From Diplonema japonicum (taxonomy: Eukaryota > Protista > Euglenozoa: Diplonemea), in NCBI GenBank assembly GCA_964019335.1, contig OZ025654.1:496001-560000 (forward strand): a DNA stretch of 64,000 bases, read 5' to 3'. Below are positions 19,110-30,322 of the stretch, in pieces (the first letter of the stretch is position 1; every line of letters begins with the position of its first letter). A program made the position numbers and the translations under genes. The notes beneath the pieces are model-generated. The model did no database searches, had not been told where the DNA came from, and saw only the letters and a program-made list of their open reading frames with translations.

Positions 19110-19694
19110 TTCTTTCTTTCTTTTTTTTGTTCTTGTTAAAGGAAAACAGCTCCCTGAGTGATTGCTACTGAGTTTAAAAAGGACTTCTGAGAAAAGTGAA
19201 TTGGGGGGAAAAGAGATAGAAAAGTGAAATGAGAAAAAAAGTGAAATGGGAAAAAAAGAAAAGAAGAAAAAGAAACCATGCAACAGAATACAATTCTTCA
19301 GCTCCTTTAGCCTGTCGGTCTCCTTGCAAAGCCCGTCTACTTAGCTACTTCTGCATTTCTTCGTTTCATGAACTTTCTTTAAATTACAACAGACCTTAGT
19401 CACCCCCACACACGCAGCGATTCCTTCCGACAGACAGCTGCCGAAGTTTCTATTCCTTCGCTTGTCAGAGTGGGGGGAAACATTTCCGTTTCCATATCCG
19501 ATTCTTTATTTTTCAGATACTTAAAGAAACGCATTTCCTTCTCAAGATTAAGGAAACGGCCCCAGAATAAGGAAACGTTTCCATTTCCGTTTCCTTACTT
19601 TCACAAAAAAAAGCTTGGAAACGCGTTTCCTTGCCAACATAGCCTCACCCCCAAAAAGAAAAGTCGATGCACATGAAAGAGATAAAGGAGGCCA

Positions 19695-19967
19695 GTGTCG
19701 GCGCCCTGCACAAGAACTGTCTACTTGATTACAGGGGGCGCATCGCGGCCGAGTTGTAACTTCTTCTGCGTTCTGCGTCGTGTCTTTAATGCGTGCGGTG
19801 TACAGCAGCTCAACCCTAGCCAGGGTGCTCCCGGGTAACCAAGATTCGGTGCTCATGCAGTTTGCTGCCTGTTCGTCACCCTGAGCATCTGCGTTACGTT
19901 CTTCCACTCGGGCGCTACCGGTGATGACCGACGAGGAGGTCAACATTTCCATACTATCCCCATCACC
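19695..19967 (-). mobile_element. Short dispersed repeat family B (SINE-like or retroelement 5' UTR relic) starting with an HDV-like ribozyme; other copies about 30588-30770, 31000-31285, 34245-34410
   Basis: Four related copies in the same orientation; this copy begins right after a sense T-run. Confidence 0.75.
19864..19967 (-). ncRNA. HDV-like ribozyme fold (family B); this copy has a partly deleted J1/2-P2
   Basis: P1 GGUGAUG/CAUCACC, P3 ACC/GGU, L3 UCCUCGUC, P1.1 GG, P4 CGCCCGAG/CUC(A)GGGUG, J4/2 CGAA. Confidence 0.7.
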
Positions 19968-20090
19968 AACAAAAAAGAAGTAAATCTTCATCGAATAAAA
20001 CGTTAGTATCGTTGCTTGTGTCTAGTTTTTCTTGCGTAATCGAGGTTCATGTCTACACAGGTGGGCAAGAACCTAATAAGATATCGTTGT

Positions 20091-21608
20091 TTAAATGTTT
20101 TCGGGTCTTTCATTCCACCACGCGAGATATTCTTCCTTGAACCCAGTATCGTTTCCAAGTGGCCTTTGTACCCGCTCCTCCAGGAAGGCTTTGAAACAGT
20201 TGAATTTCAGCATCACCACTTTCTCAGAGGTGTTCTTCTTAACGAAGAACTCGTAAAGGAAAACAGGCTGTGAGCGAGAAAGGTACACATGGTAGGCATC
20301 TGACTTCTTCCCTATCTCAGGTAACTTGATGAGAGCGATTGTCTCTACATCCTGATAAGGAATCGTGTTGAAGACCTTCGTGTTTTCCCCTTCCCGGACT
20401 ACCTCTTCATATGCGTAAGAAAATGTGCTACTCGTTATCACACCATCTTCATCTTTGAAGCACACCGTGACCTTCGAGTAGAAGAGTCTTTCAAACGGCG
20501 TAAGCGAAAGGCTAATGATCTCAAAGGAGCCTAAAGCAATCAGGAAGAATTCAAAACGGTGTGAAGCTGTCACCATTTTGAAAAATTGATGAACAACGAA
20601 TGTCATCACAAGACAGAAGATAGCAATCATCCCAACAGTGACGGCTAGCATGTATCTGTAGTTGAAATAAAGCTGCGTAGGTCTTCGCATCAGAGGTTCC
20701 GTTGTATGCCAAACACCGTCGCTGCACTTCAGGTTCGGAGGGACTCTCACAGCGCTGGTCGTTTGCATCATCATCACATCACCCAGACTGCCTCGTCCTC
20801 TTGATCTGGAACGAGTGCACTTCCACGGTATAACAACAATTAAGAACACCACAAGCCACACGGATACCAAGATCAGCCCCAACCTCACAGCCTCCCATTC
20901 CGTTTCTTCAATGATCCTTGTGTACTCCGCCCTCACCTCCCCCAAGCTCTTTGTGTTCCACTCCCACCCCACACTCATGGGAAGGTCATTGAGCTCCACG
21001 CTTTTAATGGTAAGCATCTTGCTGGCGCGCGTGTCCCAATTACAGTCGGAGGGTGTCGGGACCTCTTTTGAGTGGCATATTAGGATCTCGTTCAATGTTG
21101 CGTTGCAAGACGGGCAGAATATCAAAGAGGTGGTGAAGAAGTTCTCTTTGGTCCCGTTCGTCACGTTGAACACCTCATCATAGTCAACATAGCAGTCGAT
21201 GGGGATGTTCAAGTAGCCAGTATTGTTCGTGCTGTTGGCGATGTCGCTGCAGGTGAGTGTTGCCTCCGTTCCACTGTTCTCTTTGTCCCTTGCGTCCATG
21301 TAGCGTTGATGATTCGACACAGGGGGGAGTACTAGTACGGGTATGGCAAGGGTACCAAAGAGAAAAAAAAGGAGGAAACGACGTTTCGAAGGATGATCAA
21401 GTGGGAAGCGGTGCATATTATTTAACCGCGGGTCTCTAGTAAAAGCGCAAAATAACACAAAACCCACTGGCCCAGCAACAATATTTAAAATTGTAAACTG
21501 AATAAGTACATAAGGGGCCATCGCCAGATGTACAGCATAACTCATCCAGCCAAAAAACATGTACCTGATCCATAAAGGATCCGCCATCTTCTTCCGCATT
21601 GTTTCCAT
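20091..21608 (-). CDS. Multi-pass membrane protein, family M member 2
   Basis: EATLTCSDI...YLNIPIDC...CPSCNATL...PTPSDCNWDT...GWEWN; start METMRKK preceded by pyrimidine tract and AG. Confidence 0.85.
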   Translation of the reverse strand: METMRKKMADPLWIRYMFFGWMSYAVHLAMAPYVLIQFTILNIVAGPVGFVLFCAFTRDPRLNNMHRFPLDHPSKRRFLLFFLFGTLAIPVLVLPPVSNHQRYMDARDKENSGTEATLTCSDIANSTNNTGYLNIPIDCYVDYDEVFNVTNGTKENFFTTSLIFCPSCNATLNEILICHSKEVPTPSDCNWDTRASKMLTIKSVELNDLPMSVGWEWNTKSLGEVRAEYTRIIEETEWEAVRLGLILVSVWLVVFLIVVIPWKCTRSRSRGRGSLGDVMMMQTTSAVRVPPNLKCSDGVWHTTEPLMRRPTQLYFNYRYMLAVTVGMIAIFCLVMTFVVHQFFKMVTASHRFEFFLIALGSFEIISLSLTPFERLFYSKVTVCFKDEDGVITSSTFSYAYEEVVREGENTKVFNTIPYQDVETIALIKLPEIGKKSDAYHVYLSRSQPVFLYEFFVKKNTSEKVVMLKFNCFKAFLEERVQRPLGNDTGFKEEYLAWWNERPENI

Positions 21609-22004
21609 CTGGAATCTGAAGAAAAGTGAAATGGGAAATGAAAACACTATGCAACTGAATAGTGGTACTGGAAGTGAAAGGTGCGTGGACAACTTTTAGG
21701 GATATGCTAGGCTTTTCCAAGTTTCTTTCAGAAATGGAAATCAATGACTTGTTCTCGATTCTCCTCCCATTTTAATAAAGGGGGAGAGTGTGTTTTTCAA
21801 TATTGTCAGAATAGACGCCGTATAATTCTGCAAGTTTTAAGTCTTAAAAGCTGCGAAAAAAGCTCGACACAAGTTGCATATAGTTATAAAATCATTTTTT
21901 GAAGGATAAATACTTGTAGCAAAATAAAGAAGATCCTTATGACTATATGTCTTTGTTGTTCGCACAAGCTGCGAAGGTTTTCTTGCTCGGCACAAGTTGC
22001 ATAT

Positions 22005-23290
22005 GAGCTCGTCCGAAAAAAAAAATATATGAGTTAAAGGAAGTCTTTGTGAGACGCCCCCTTGTTCTCATCCTCTACCTGCACCTATCCCCTTTCAGCA
22101 GCGGTTTCTCCTCCTTTGGTGGTCTTGCCGGCCTTCTCCCCAGCCTGGCCACTCTTTCTCTTCGTTCTCTTGCCCATTGTCCTTTCAACGCCTCTAGGTC
22201 ATGCTTGGTCTTCGGTGATGCAAATATCGCCCTCCTGTTCCATCCGATCACCGCCTTTGTCCTCCCGATGGATCGTAGTGTGTGCACCCTTGTGCACGGC
22301 TCTGCTGGGAAGGCCCTCCTTCCTTTCACCTTCTTCAGTACCCTCCCTAGCTCCCATGTGTGCCAGATCTTCTTCATCAGTCCATGCAATCTCCTCGCTT
22401 TCTGCTGTACTTCTGCGAGATCCCCCAGCTTCCCTCCCAGGGTCTTCCCGGTCACGTTCTCGAAATCCAGTGCCAGCTCCACCGTCGACACTGACGTGTT
22501 CCTGCTGCCTGCATACCACCGCAGATGCCGAAAATGTCAACACTTTTTTGGGCACCTCCGAAAATTTCTTGTTCTGATTATTTGAGCAAAAAAAGGGCAG
22601 CATGCAACCATAGGAAGATTACATATGTGGTGTACCTGTTGCCGTTCTTTCAATTGCGATGCTTGTTTTGCCATGAGGGTGGCAGGCTTTGCAACCGGCT
22701 GCCCCCGGGAAGCGAAAACAGAGGTCAGAAAACGACGAAAAATGTTTAAATGCAGTTTAAAAGCTTGAAATGAAGCACCTAGGGCGCATAAAAGTGGTGA
22801 ACACACACCTTTGTGACCCCTGGGTACAACCCAGGGTCGGGTTACTGTTAAAAGTACTTAGCGAAAAATATATGGCGTTGCATAGCCCAAAAAACCGTTT
22901 TTTTTAGCCCTATTTTTTGCTTTTTTGAGGGAATTGGCCTAAAAGGCCCATTTTCCTGAAAACCCAATTCTTAACACTTGCCTGCTCAACATCGGTATCT
23001 TCGGGGCCAAATATGCATTCTCTACCCATCTGCTGAGATTTGTCATTTTTTTTCTACTCATGATAAATTAAAAATTGAGAAGTTTGTTTTTAAAGGGCCC
23101 TCAAGGGATTTTAGCCTAAAATGGGCACTGTAGCCTAAAATAGGCCAAAATGGCAGTATTTTCCCCACCCCATTTTAATAGTGATAAAGAGCCCAAACCA
23201 CCCAAAATGACCCCTTAAGTTTCACAGATTTCCCATCTGCGTCCATTTCTTCTCGCTTTTCATTGAAGAGAACAGAAATAACATATAGGC
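22005..23290 (+). mobile_element. Putative non-autonomous DNA element F, interrupted by a LINE fragment
   Basis: About 22560-23290 is the near-identical reverse complement of about 41845-42582; terminus gagctcgtccgaaaa|atgtcaacac is split by the LINE. Confidence 0.7.
22025..22527 (-). mobile_element. 5'-truncated LINE family 1 copy with target-site duplication
   Basis: Near-identical to 47446-47950; flanked by ccgaaaa at 22013-22019 and 22528-22534. Confidence 0.92.
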
Positions 23291-23295
23291 GGGCG

Positions 23296-24360
23296 CGTAG
23301 CGCTAATGATCTTAAAGATGCCAAAGGCAAACAGGAATAATGCAAAACGTACTTTTACCAATCATGAAAAAGAGAACGAATGTCATCAGACAGAAGATAA
23401 CAATCATCCCAACAGTGACGGCTAGCAGGTATCTGTAGCTGAAATAAAAGTGCGTAGGTCTTCGCATCAGAGGTTCCGTTGTATGCCAAACACCGTCGCT
23501 GCACTTCAGGTTCGGAGGGACTCTCACAGCGCTGGTCGTTTGCATCACATCACCCAGACTGCCTCCTCTTAATCTGGAACGAGTGCACTTCCACGGTATG
23601 GCAACAATTAAGAACACCACAAGCCACACGGATACCAAGATCAGCCCCAACCTCACAGCCTCCCATTCCGTTTCTTCAATGATCCTTGTGTACTCCGCCC
23701 TCACCTCCCCCAAGCTCTTTGTGTTCCACTCCCACCCCACACTCATGGGAAGGTCATTGAGCTCCACGCTTTTAATGGTAAGCATCTTGCTGGCGCGCGT
23801 GTCCCAATTACAGTCGGAGGGTGTCGGGACCTCTTTTGAGTGGCATATTAGGATCTCGTTCAATGTTGCGTTGCAAGACGGGCAGAATATCAAAGAGGTG
23901 GTGAAGAAGTTCTCTTTGGTCCCGTTCGTCACGTTGAACACCTCATCATAGTCAACATAGCAGTCGATGGGGATGTTCAAGTAGCGAGCATTGTTCGTGC
24001 TGTTGGCGATGTCGCTGCAGGTGAGTGTTGCCTCCGTTCCACTGTTCTCTTTGTCCCTTGCGTCCATGTAGCGTTGATTATCCGACACAGGGGGGAGTAC
24101 TAGTACGGGTATGGCAAGGGTACCAAAGAGAAAAAAAAGGAGGGAACAACGTTTCGAAGGGCGATGAAAAAGCTTCCCATATAGAACACAATAGTAAAAG
24201 GGCAAAACAACACCCAACACACTGATGCAACAATATTAACAACCCAAAACTGAATAAGTACATAAGGGGCCATCGCCAGATGTACAGCATAACTCATCCA
24301 GCCAAAAAACATGTACTTGATCCATAAAGGATCCGCCATCTTCTTCCGCATAAGTTCCAT
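23296..24360 (-). pseudogene. Recent duplicate of family M member 2, frameshifted and 3'-truncated
   Basis: Central part nearly identical to 20600-21400; frameshift near 24220; similarity stops at about 23296 where element F begins. Confidence 0.8.
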
Positions 24361-25107
24361 CTGGAATCTGAAAAGTGAAATGGGAAATGAAAACCATACA
24401 AAGAATAACATATGCTGCTGCACAATTGTGCAGCAAAAAGAAAAAAGAAAAGCTATTTTCTTTATTTAAATTTTTGTTCTTTTTTCACTTCGTGCGAATT
24501 ACCAAAAGGAAAACCATTCAAAAAAAAGGGGGGGGGTTGTGGTGCAAGAAGACAAGAGTAGTTAAGAACTTTTGTTTTAATAGCAGTCACCTGTGTGTGA
24601 TGACGGTGACGGACTAGCAAATTAGTATTAATGAACAAGGTTTTTTTTGTTTTGTTTTCTTATTGCTTTTTCTTTTGTTTTGTTTCTGTGTACTGCTTTA
24701 CAAGAAAGCAAAGTACTTGTTAAAGTAATTAACATCCCCTCCCCCCACAACATTCTTTTTTTTTGAATAGGGAAATGAATTTCTACTTTTGGAAATAACC
24801 AGGAAAAAGGGGGGGGGGGAAGAGAAACTAAAAAAAATATGAGTTAACCCTTAGACGCCCAGGGGGGGGGGGGGGGGGGGTAATTGATTTTCGAAATTTT
24901 TCGATTTTGGGTCTTTGTTGGCATTGGGTCTCTTGAGGTTATTTTTTGATTCGAGGTACGCATTTGAAAGATTTGCGTTCATTCCACTAAATATTTGGTG
25001 TCTTCGACCCATGGAGGTGCACCGACCGGATGCCATGAGTCATTTGCTTTTCCCGGAAATCATGCATGCGAAACTCGCTAAAATCTCAGTGTGCATGGGG
25101 GTGTTCA

Positions 25108-25578
25108 CTGCACGAGCGACCCGAACCTCCTGTGCAAGTGGGACGGGACCAAATGCGACCCGAAGCCCTGTAGAGCGATCTTCGTGCGGGAGAAGTGGTT
25201 GAAGGCGCCGAATGCAGACTGCCCAGAGGGACACGGCGGTGGACGCCCGTGTGCAAGCCGGTCGCAACGTGCACGACGACGGACGCGGCGGCGTGCAAGA
25301 ACGAACTGCGCCTGGGACCGCGAGAACTCGGTTTCCAGGGACACGCGGTACCCGACCCAGGGAGCTCCGCGGCGAGCAGCGACTGTGGATGGACGGGTGA
25401 TGTACGCGGAGAAGAAGTGCACGGCGGCGAGGACACAGGCAGACTGCAAGGCTTGCGATTGCTGCTCGTGGAACGCTGCAGCAGTCTGCTCGCAGGACCG
25501 GTGCCAGCCTCTGAACCGCCGGACTGCGGGAGGTGCCACTGGGACGACGAAGAACGAGTGCATCCCCGACTACAAAAA
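25108..25578 (+). pseudogene. Frameshifted fragment of a Cys-rich repeat (surface-antigen-like) gene
   Basis: GC-rich block encoding CTSDPNLLCKWDGTKCDPKPC, CKPVATCTTTDAAACK, CKACDCCSWNAAAVCSQDRC in shifting frames. Confidence 0.6.
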
Positions 25579-26050
25579 AACCATCCGTTCTCCAGAAAGG
25601 TGGGCCACCTGTTTCGGATTGAGGTAGAGAGGTGGATTTAACCCATATGAACATTGCAGGTCGACGGGAACTGCTCTCGTTTGTGTGCTGGCATGTTGAT
25701 TTTGATAAGGCCTAGTGACTCGGAAAAAAAGAAAAAAAGAGGGGGAAATCATGGAAAAATCATGAAAATCCGGAAATGCCCATTTTTGGTGTCACCCAGT
25801 GTCTCGGCACCCCGTTCTGGGATGAAGTTATGAGGTTTCAGATGGATACAAATAGCGCATTTAACACAGACTTTCAATATCTTTCCATTCCATCTTTTCT
25901 TTTATGAAAACCGATCCGAGGCTTTGGTCTAGATGACCACAGAACAATTACACCTATTAACTGCTTCTACAGAAGCAGCTGGGCGTTTAAGGGTTAAAGG
26001 AAGTCTTTGTGAGACGTCCCCTTGTTCCCATCTTCTACCTGCAAAAAAAA

Positions 26051-28338
26051 CTCAAAGTACAGGACAAGCCCCCCGCTAGAGGGCCGCCCTATGGGAGGGG
26101 GGGGTCTATCTGTTAATACTCCCCTTCTGGAGCATTGCCTTCATTCCGATTGAGGCCGTGAGCGTCTTGCGGAGTCGTGTGATGCGGTCCTGCTTGTAGT
26201 CGGCTTTCAATTCCATTAGCTTGTCGTGCGTGGAGCGGGTGGCGAAAATAGGCCTCCTGGAGAAACCAATAGCTGCCTTTCCTCCAATGGCGATGAGGGA
26301 CTTCACTCTTTTTCTCTCGTCCGCTGGGAAGGGGCGTCGCTTCTTTCGTGCCCTGCATGCTGTGTTTATCTTTACGATGAGAGCTTTGATTCTGCGCGCC
26401 CTATCTTCCAGCAGGCCTCCCAAAGACTTTCCTGTCGTCCATTCGAAGTCAATGGCCAGTTCCACCGCCGACACCTCCGAGGTGGTGTCCTTCTCCACCC
26501 AGCGCAGTTGTGACAACCATTGTAGCAGCGGGTTCAGGTACTGGGACAGGACCCCGCTCACTCCTTCGAGCTCGCCAGCTATCGGAACGGGGCATTTCTT
26601 ACCTACCACATTTCGAATCCACGGTAGCGGCTGTGTGTTGACATCCTCCTTCTGTATGAGCTCTACGTCTCGTTTCTCAACCACCACGGCTAAGTATCGT
26701 TGCAGCTTCTCTAGGTACGCAAAGTCATGTCCTCTCGGCAGAATCGCGTGCAATTCCAGACACAGGGGCCATCCTGTCCTGTTGCGCAGTGGTTCCAAGC
26801 CGTCCTGTGCTAGCTCTTCCTGTGCGCAGGCGCACTCGTAGAGTTGGTGGCGGAGTAGGGTTACCGTGTCCGGGTACGGTGATTCACACAGGTCGCACCT
26901 GAACCCTTGTGTGCGTGATACTGTCGTTGTTGGGACTTGGCTTATGCTCTCTTCGACTTCTTCGGTGCCGTCACCTTCTGGTGCCAGGGGGACGCTTCTT
27001 TGATTCGTTCCTGCATGCGGGCTAAGGTAGGGGACCCCTCCGGTGATAACCCGTCTCAGGCAGTAGGACATGAGCGGGTCTTTGGCTGTTTTCCATAGTT
27101 GGTTGGTTTTGGGATCCGCTCCCGCCTCCATCCCTCTCACTGTGTTCCTCTCGTTCGCCAGCGACCTGCTCCGGGCTTTCCTCACCGCGTCCCTAAAGAC
27201 GTGTCCGCGTTCGGCCCAGGGTTTGTTCCCACAGTCTAGCAATTGCGCCCAGCTCCATCCTATATAGGGGAGCCACCGACAGACCAGGTTGCCTACTGGT
27301 CCCATCGGGGTGGACCCCGTGCCGTACCCCGCAGCTATCCGCATGCATCTCTGTCGTAGTCGTTCGTCGTCGAGCGCTCCGGACACCACCTTCAGGGAGT
27401 GGTATATCACATAGGAGAGGGGATCGTTAGTGTGCCCCTTTGAGGTCCGACACCGTCTTGTATGGTACAGGTACTTCCGAGCCTTTCTTCATCGCCGTTC
27501 GGTCTCCCACGACTCTCGACTTGAACCCTTCCGCGGTGCCAAAGCCCACCGTCTTTTCCTCGTTGACCTGCATCCCCGTCAGGTCGCAAAACTCTAGAGT
27601 CCCTTCGACCGCTGCCTGCAGTGAGTCCCGCAGCTTCGCTAACAGATAGGCGTCGTCGGCATATGCTAGCACCTCGGCGTCCGGCGCTACCTGCTCGACG
27701 GCCCGTATCATGATGGACAGCAAGGCGTTGATGATGATGACCGACAGCGGGCACCCCTGGAGGATACCGTTCGTGGCCTCAAACGTGTCACCAACTCCTA
27801 TGGGGTACTTGAACCTCCTCGTGATCTGGGAGTACATCCCATGGAGTGCTCTTCCTATAGATTCGTCCATTCCCAGGGCGCTCATGAGGTCAAGGGACAG
27901 CTGTTGTGGCACCAGGTCGAAGCACTTTCTAAAATCCAGGGCCAGTCCCTCCAGCGGCTCCCCATCCACCAAAGCCACCTCCAGCTTGGTACACAGTTCC
28001 ATGAGGGCTGTCGTCGTACTGTGCTTGGGCCTAAACCCGTGCTGTCTCGGCGTGATCCAACGTTCCTGCCAGTCAAGGACACCCTTCAGCCTCGTACACG
28101 CCCACAAGCGGTAGATGGTGCTGGTCACCGTGATGGGTCGGTGGTTCAGAGGAGCTGACCCTTCACCCTTTGGAATCAGTGACACCAGGGCTGTCGTGAT
28201 CTGTCTCGGCCACTGGCCTGTCTCCTCAATCAGGTTGAAGAGGTCTGCGAAAGCTCTCAGGATGCTCACCGGAAGACGTTTCAGCTCACTCATCCGCCAA
28301 CCGTCCACGCCACAGGCCCCTTTGTCTGGCTTCTTCAA
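26051..28338 (-). mobile_element. 5'-truncated, internally disrupted non-LTR retrotransposon, LINE family 2 (RT, Zn finger, C-terminal domain)
   Basis: HRPITV, QHGFR, LDFRKCFD, GILQGCPLS, AYADD; CDLC...HQLYEC; VSAVELAIDFE; break at about 27410-27430; T-runs at both ends on the sense strand. Confidence 0.93.
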
Positions 28339-28624
28339 AAAAAAAAAAAAAAAAAAAAAAGGTAGGAAGTGTGAGCCTATCTATTAATATACTCTACCAG
28401 CTTTTCTTGTTGTCGCCCTGCATGAAAAGTTATGTTCTTCTCAACAGGGCTTTGAAGGAATATTTCCCCTCGTTTCTGCAACTTAGCGAAGTTTTCTACT
28501 GTAACCCTCACATGAGAGTTGGGGGGTGGGATAGCTATAATGGGAAGGGGCTAATAAATTTCAATTTTCTTGTTCTTTACTTTTTTTTCTTTTTTTTTTT
28601 TTTTAAAAAGAAAAAGACCATCTC

Positions 28625-30322
28625 TCACCCCCGTGGATACTTGGTATCCCCACAAGTTGTAGTGTACACGACATCATAACCAAGCACGGCTCCCTGCCCG
28701 CCCTCTACAGTGTCAAACGCAATCTCAGGCACATCACGATCCAACCGCTGCTCCAAGAAAGATTTAAATCCTTGAAAGACAGCACTAGCCGCCTCGCCTG
28801 GAGGCACGCCTTCAAGAGTAGTGAACTCGTATACAAACACCACATCACCGGTATTAGCTTTGCAACAGATGTGGTACACATCAGAGTATTTGGGATGCCA
28901 CAACGAAGGAGCGGCAAACCGACCATCAGTCGTCTTAAAGTACGTGACAGATTCTATGGAGTTGTAGTGAAGAGGCTCACGGGTGGACTGTTCCTTCAAT
29001 GGGGTCGGGATAAACGAATATTCATGTGAAAAATGCGTAATTTGACTAGTCTCATCATTGAAGTACACTAATACAGGAGGAACGACAAACATCCCACCCA
29101 CGCCAAGCACAACGAATAAACCAAACAGCATCCAAGAAGCAAGGAGGGACCCAGGGTAGAACCACAGGTTTGTCGGCCCGTTGAACATCAACACCATTCC
29201 GCAAAAAACCAGCGCGCCCAGACAGACCACGGCGGCTGCGCTGTAACAACACAGGTTTCTGCAGAAAACACCAACGCCTTGAAGTGGGTTTCTTTTGAGG
29301 GGCTTCTTCAATCGCCAAACACCATCACCGACTTGGATAATATTTGTGAGAAGGGAAAATGGGAGCTCTATTGTGAGCCAAGGCGGGTTGTCCAACATGT
29401 CTTTGCAAAGCGAGCTTTTCGTCTCTGTTCTGCCGTTCTTGTCCTTCTGCAACATTTCCCATGGAAGAATGGTAAGCAAGATGACAAACCAAACAGACAC
29501 CAATGAGATTCTAAGCTTCGTCATTTTGTCGTCCGTCGCATCTAAGAAGTCCGCGTCGGCTTCTAGGCTTCGTTGGTTCCACGCCCATCCTTCGAAGTTT
29601 GCAGGGCCGAACCCTTCCTTGTCGAAGTTGATTTTTCGTAATGTTAAGGTCATCCCGGTGGGCTTCGGTGTGTCCCATGAACAGTCGGACACTGTAGGGG
29701 GGTTTTGAGGTTTGTCGTTGTAACCAGTGTAATAGACTGGTGTGGCAACGCCTTTCAAGTCAACATTTGCCCCGCATGTCCTGCAGACGATAACCGACGA
29801 AGCTGCGAAGGCAATGGTCGGGACGATGATGGTTCCCTTGCCTCGTTCCCAATAGGACCTGGTGCTCGACTGGTTGATGACGGAAAATATATTTGTATCG
29901 ACATCACATGCAACGGGGATGTTAAGATACGTTGTGTTTGGATGGAGCGGTGCTGATATGTTGCTGCACGTCAGCGTGGCCTCAATGGGGTCTATCTCCC
30001 TGTTCTTTATGCCGTAGTACGCGTTCAGGTCGGACAAGGGTGCCATGCTCGCAGAGACGCAGCACGTTACAATGAAGGCGATGGTCATCCCCCACACCCT
30101 CACTCTTTCGCGCCATGTTGTGTGGTCGTCCTTCCAGTACCCCATGACGAACCATGGTGTGCACAAGTTCAGGACCACCACGATGAACACAGTGATCACG
30201 CCGTATACCTTCACCTCGTCTCCTTCTTTGTCTGCGAGAAGATCGCAGTAGGACGGGAATAGCGCGCACAGCACCGTGTACTCCAACCACAAAAGCGGTA
30301 CGAAGATTTTGTAGAACTCCAT
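28625..30322 (-). CDS. Multi-pass membrane protein, family M member 4
   Basis: 565 aa; EATLTCSNI...YLNIPVAC...SDCSWDT...GWAWN; C-terminal VFVYEF...FKSFLEQRL shared with paralogs. Confidence 0.85.
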   Translation of the reverse strand: MEFYKIFVPLLWLEYTVLCALFPSYCDLLADKEGDEVKVYGVITVFIVVVLNLCTPWFVMGYWKDDHTTWRERVRVWGMTIAFIVTCCVSASMAPLSDLNAYYGIKNREIDPIEATLTCSNISAPLHPNTTYLNIPVACDVDTNIFSVINQSSTRSYWERGKGTIIVPTIAFAASSVIVCRTCGANVDLKGVATPVYYTGYNDKPQNPPTVSDCSWDTPKPTGMTLTLRKINFDKEGFGPANFEGWAWNQRSLEADADFLDATDDKMTKLRISLVSVWFVILLTILPWEMLQKDKNGRTETKSSLCKDMLDNPPWLTIELPFSLLTNIIQVGDGVWRLKKPLKRNPLQGVGVFCRNLCCYSAAAVVCLGALVFCGMVLMFNGPTNLWFYPGSLLASWMLFGLFVVLGVGGMFVVPPVLVYFNDETSQITHFSHEYSFIPTPLKEQSTREPLHYNSIESVTYFKTTDGRFAAPSLWHPKYSDVYHICCKANTGDVVFVYEFTTLEGVPPGEAASAVFQGFKSFLEQRLDRDVPEIAFDTVEGGQGAVLGYDVVYTTTCGDTKYPRG

